A stretch of DNA of 20,000 bases. It comes from an uncultured virus (IMG/VR IMGVR_UViG_2681813236_000004). Lineage: Duplodnaviria; Heunggongvirae; Uroviricota; Caudoviricetes. Each line of letters begins with the position of its first letter. Positions within the stretch are counted from its first letter, which is position 1. The stretch is taken from the IMG/VR virus record IMGVR_UViG_2681813236_000004. The stretch is one strand, 5' to 3'. Positions 16,413-20,000 of this stretch are shown here, in pieces. The notes beneath the pieces are model-generated. The model saw nothing but the letters and a program-made list of their open reading frames with translations, was not told where the DNA came from and did no database searches. Position numbers and translations under genes: made by a program.

Positions 16413-17228
16413 ATGAGCAAAAACTTTTTTCAATCCGGGGCATTTTTGGGGAATGGACTGTCCCGTTTCGCTTTGAACTCTGATCCTGTGCAGCTGATGG
16501 AGTCTGCCCGAGCAAGCGCCGAACCGCCAACAGATCCGGTTATTAATAATAATCCGGAACCGGCGGCACAGACTAACGATAACGTTCCATCTGATCCGGC
16601 TCCTGAGCAAATCCTGGAAGAGAAAGACGGTAAAGAATGGACCGTTGAACAGGCGCACCAGATGATTCTGGAAGCTGCAAATCGAAGTGCGATGCAGAAT
16701 GCGTTGAGTGATGCGGCCGATGCCGTTTTCGCCTGGGCTGATAGCGGTGATCTGACTTTCGACTCCCTTGATGGTTTCGTTCAGGCTATCGCTGGTATCT
16801 CTGATGACGACGACTCCGAAGTTACAGAAGAACAGGACGATGCCTATAACGAAGCATGGGCAAATGTTGCTGACTTCCTCGCAGCATGCGGTGTAGATGA
16901 TGACATGATCGAAGCACTGGCTGACGATGAAGACGACGACGCTGCTGCTGATGTTGGTGCCTCTATCGCTGGTTTAGATAGCGACGACCGCGACGAACTG
17001 GAAGCGGCGTTTGTTGTTGCTGGCACTTCTGATGAAATGCTGACTGAAGCATTTAAGAAGGTTGTTCGTAACGGTGAGATCAAACTCATCCGTAAACGCC
17101 TGCGGAAAAAACGTCTGACTGCGGCTCAAAAATCGGCGCTGAAAAAAGCGCGTCGAAAAGCCCAGACCGGCGCGGCAAAACTTGCCCGCAAAAAGTCAAT
17201 GAAACTGCGCCGTAAGCGCCTTGGCTAA
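16413..17228 (+). CDS. 21: Virion morphogenesis protein (P1 gp21)
   Basis: 271 aa with a very acidic core and a very basic C-terminus. Synteny with P1. Confidence 0.75.
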   Translation: MSKNFFQSGAFLGNGLSRFALNSDPVQLMESARASAEPPTDPVINNNPEPAAQTNDNVPSDPAPEQILEEKDGKEWTVEQAHQMILEAANRSAMQNALSDAADAVFAWADSGDLTFDSLDGFVQAIAGISDDDDSEVTEEQDDAYNEAWANVADFLAACGVDDDMIEALADDEDDDAAADVGASIAGLDSDDRDELEAAFVVAGTSDEMLTEAFKKVVRNGEIKLIRKRLRKKRLTAAQKSALKKARRKAQTGAAKLARKKSMKLRRKRLG

Positions 17229-17263
17229 AGGAGGAGGCCGGAGAACTCCGGCCTTTAACTTGA

Positions 17264-17845
17264 ATGGCACCTATACCTTATGGGGTTTACAGCCAGGCTG
17301 ATGGTGTATCGCCATTTCTGAAAGTTACTTTAACGAACTCTCAGTACCAGGTTACCGGATATATCAGCCAGGGGGCAGCAATGAACATGGCCCAGAATTG
17401 GGAAGCGCCGTTTACCGGTATGTCCATGGGGTCTGTTGCTGGTGCTTTCAGTGGTTTTGCGCAGGTTGGTACTGAAACAACGTCGGTGGCCCGTTGGAAC
17501 AGCTTAATGGTTTGGGAGGGGGGAACACCGCCGACTTTCACGCTGCCAGTAACTTTCATCGCTTTGTTTGACCCATTCACGGAGGTTTCAGGAGCTATCG
17601 CCGCATTGTCAGCGATGATTAGCCCGGAACTTAAAGATGCCAGTATTGGTGGTCGAATCCCGGAGCGTGTGACGCTAAACATTGGTCGCCGGATCAACAT
17701 CATTGATGTCGCTATCCAGGACATAAGTTTCGATCTCGATGCACCCAGGGACAGCAATGGGCATTTCCTGAAAAACACCGTCAACCTCCAGTTGACCGGT
17801 TCTTCGATATATAACAGCTCCGATATTGTTCGGGCGTTCCAGTAA
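17264..17845 (+). CDS. pmgG: Putative morphogenetic (tube initiator/baseplate-type) protein
   Basis: 193-aa ORF between gene 21 and bplB as in P1. Confidence 0.75.
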   Translation: MAPIPYGVYSQADGVSPFLKVTLTNSQYQVTGYISQGAAMNMAQNWEAPFTGMSMGSVAGAFSGFAQVGTETTSVARWNSLMVWEGGTPPTFTLPVTFIALFDPFTEVSGAIAALSAMISPELKDASIGGRIPERVTLNIGRRINIIDVAIQDISFDLDAPRDSNGHFLKNTVNLQLTGSSIYNSSDIVRAFQ

Positions 17846-17856
17846 AAGGATTTTAT

Positions 17857-18366
17857 ATGGGGCACAATAACACTAAGGGAAACCGTAAATTTATTAAGGG
17901 CCGCTATACTGCCAACGCGGCCAAAGGCGAACGACTGGTATCTTCTGAATTCCAGCTCACTTTTGCAGGCCATGAAGATATCAGCGTACTGGTTCGCACG
18001 TCGCAAATTCCTGAAATGACCCGCGAGGATGTGGAGGACTATGGTCCGAATGGTGTGAAGTTCAATCAGCACGGTCCAATTCGAAACTCTGGGGAAATCC
18101 AGGTCCAGTGCGTGGAGACTATCGAAGGCGATATTCTTCAGTTCATTAAAGATCGCATTGCGGCGAAGGACTATGTTGATATCACGATGGCTGCTACCCC
18201 TGAATCCAAATCTTCCGGGGTTAACGCTGTGACAAAAGCTGCTACAACAATTGAAATGTTGGACTGCAAAATCTACAGTGATGCAATCGACTTTAGTACC
18301 GAAGATGTGACTGCCGCTGTGCGCCCGTCACTTCGTATCGTCTACAACTGGATTGAGTGGGATTAA
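17857..18366 (+). CDS. bplB: Tail tube/baseplate structural protein
   Basis: 169 aa with an AAGGA RBS and beta-rich tube-like pattern. Synteny with P1. Confidence 0.78.
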   Translation: MGHNNTKGNRKFIKGRYTANAAKGERLVSSEFQLTFAGHEDISVLVRTSQIPEMTREDVEDYGPNGVKFNQHGPIRNSGEIQVQCVETIEGDILQFIKDRIAAKDYVDITMAATPESKSSGVNAVTKAATTIEMLDCKIYSDAIDFSTEDVTAAVRPSLRIVYNWIEWD

Positions 18367-18397
18367 GTGTTATCCCTTGTACTTTTAATCTTCTTCG

Positions 18398-18417
18398 GGG
18401 GAGGTTTACCTCCCCTT
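18398..18417 (+). terminator. Probable terminator hairpin ending the structural operon
   Basis: GGGGAGG-TTTA-CCTCCCC followed by a short T-run. Confidence 0.5.
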
Positions 18418-18663
18418 GATACAACCGCATTCCACCGCCTAGCGAATAGAGTAAAATAACATCTTGTAAATACTCTGGTATGAAGTGAGTGTAAACTAAC
18501 AGTTACCTATTAATAAATACTCCTATACTTTTCTACCTTAAATATTTAGTATGCACATGGTTAAATTTATGTAGCGTCAAAGTTTGTGAAGGCAAGATGT
18601 CCGTTAATCTTTGTCGAAGCATATATGGTTCTAGGAAGTATTGGCTTATTTAAGAGGAATGTC

Positions 18664-19656
18664 ATGTTACGTATCAATGATATGAGCAATATTATTGTAG
18701 GTATTTACAGCAAAAAAAATGAAGAAAAATCATTTGAGTATATGTACTCTTATCTGACAAGGAAAACAGCTTATTTAACACGTGAGTTTATTCGTGATGG
18801 TAATCAGGATAAAGAATTATTAAAAAATACCTATATAGAAGCATTGTCTTGGCTTTTTGCAATCTGTGATAAACTTGAAATACAACCACAGGAAGCATTT
18901 TATAAAAAATTCCCTAGTTGCTGTCCTTATTGCTTAGGGGCGCCTTGTTCCTGTTCTCAAACACACAGAAAGCCAGAGAAAATAAGAAGCGCAAAAGGAA
19001 TTAAAGATGAGCTTTTCAATAAATATAACGCTATTAAACCTATGCAATTTCCGCCTTATGCGCCACGAATGATTAATGATATCTATCCGTCGAATAGAAC
19101 CATTTGGTCTACTTTTGGTGGGTTTTATCATTCATCCAGGTTATTCGAAGAGTTGGGTGAGTTGCAAGAGGCTTATGCTAAATCAATTGAAGATAAAAAT
19201 TACAACAAAGAAAATCTTCATGAAGAGTGTGCTGATATATATGCTTGGTTGTTTTCTTTATGGGGGATTATTTTTAAAGATGATGATCTTGGCGAGGCGT
19301 TTGAAAGTTATTATCTAAATGGTTGTCCTGTCTGCAATAAAAGAGAATGTGTTTGTGTCAGTTATTCAGGGAAGATTAGTAAAACTGATGAGAAAAGAGC
19401 ATCATTGGAAAAACTTAAACAAGAGTTAGAACTTCTCTTGAAGGATGAGACGACAGGTGAGTTTAAGGAGAATTTAGAGTCTGCTATATCTGCAATTAAA
19501 GATGCGATAGACTCAGGAAAAGATGCAGATAGCAGAAGAACTTTATCGGAAGTCGAAAGTGTTCTTGACTCAATCGAAAAAAATTCAGCCAAGATGTCTA
19601 GTGTGGCAAGTAACGCCCTTAATGTTTTTAATGTAATCAGTAAGTTATTCCAATAA
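18664..19656 (+). CDS. Accessory MazG-like NTP pyrophosphohydrolase with tandem repeats and Cys clusters
   Basis: Start at 18664 after an AGAGGA RBS (330 aa). MazG motif LFEELGEL...LHEECADIYAWLFSL, and two CPxC...CxC clusters. Markedly AT-rich compared with the flanking phage genes. Confidence 0.8.
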   Translation: MLRINDMSNIIVGIYSKKNEEKSFEYMYSYLTRKTAYLTREFIRDGNQDKELLKNTYIEALSWLFAICDKLEIQPQEAFYKKFPSCCPYCLGAPCSCSQTHRKPEKIRSAKGIKDELFNKYNAIKPMQFPPYAPRMINDIYPSNRTIWSTFGGFYHSSRLFEELGELQEAYAKSIEDKNYNKENLHEECADIYAWLFSLWGIIFKDDDLGEAFESYYLNGCPVCNKRECVCVSYSGKISKTDEKRASLEKLKQELELLLKDETTGEFKENLESAISAIKDAIDSGKDADSRRTLSEVESVLDSIEKNSAKMSSVASNALNVFNVISKLFQ

Positions 19657-20000
19657 TGGTGCCCACCGGTTTGTTAGAAAATGAACCGGTGTTGTATTAT
19701 TTATTATTAAATTAATTTTAATCCTAATAGATGGATGTTTGTTGTGGATATAATTTGTTTAAGTTTTAGGTGTATTTTTCCATATATAATCTAGGTGGTA
19801 TTAGCAAAGCAAGTATGGAATTTTGTTAACAGCTAGATATTTCTGAAAGTCATCATGTCGCGAAGGCTATTGGGAGATATGGTCTGAATCTTTGCATGAT
19901 GTGAAATAACTCCTTCTACTTCATTGTGTTTTACACTATTGGGGAGAAAAGGGTGCATTGAGGTTACCAGACACACGAAGAGTGGCGGGGATCACTCCCA

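Noticed and set aside
17341..18072. 243-aa minus-strand ORF
   Set aside because: It is antisense to pmgG/bplB with no recognisable features.
19700..20000. AT-rich tail with an RBS-like GAAGGAG and a very short minus-strand frame
   Set aside because: The frame is only ~14 codons with poor RBS spacing, and the context is truncated by the window end.

Overview
This window is a segment of a P1-like (IncY, Punavirus-type) phage-plasmid. From left to right it holds: the 5' part of the DnaB-like helicase ban; tRNA-Ile2(CAT); an SPFH lipoprotein plus a small membrane protein; a ~1.5 kb protein-free, highly structured RNA cluster containing tRNA-Thr(TGT) and tRNA-Asn(GTT); the fused C5-cytosine/Dam methyltransferase dmt, hrdC (RdgC) and uhr, all leftward behind C1 operators; a late operon (PAAR, upfB, Rz/Rz1-like spanin pair, upfA); oriR-repA-incA; a P7-type parABS; the structural genes 23, 22, 21, pmgG and bplB; and an AT-rich accessory gene with tandem MazG-like/Cys-cluster repeats. 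The most interesting part is the minus-strand RNA cluster (2040-3540). It contains what looks like the mRNA-like half of a tmRNA (pseudoknot, tag frame ANDNLMMVAA*, stop hairpin, two more pseudoknots) with no tRNA-like domain, four repeated processing-type stems, three related tRNA-like modules, and two copies of a hairpin resembling the initiator-tRNA anticodon arm. Gene names come from my recall of P1/P7 sequences and gene order, and all RNA structures were paired by eye. No database searches or folding programs were run.
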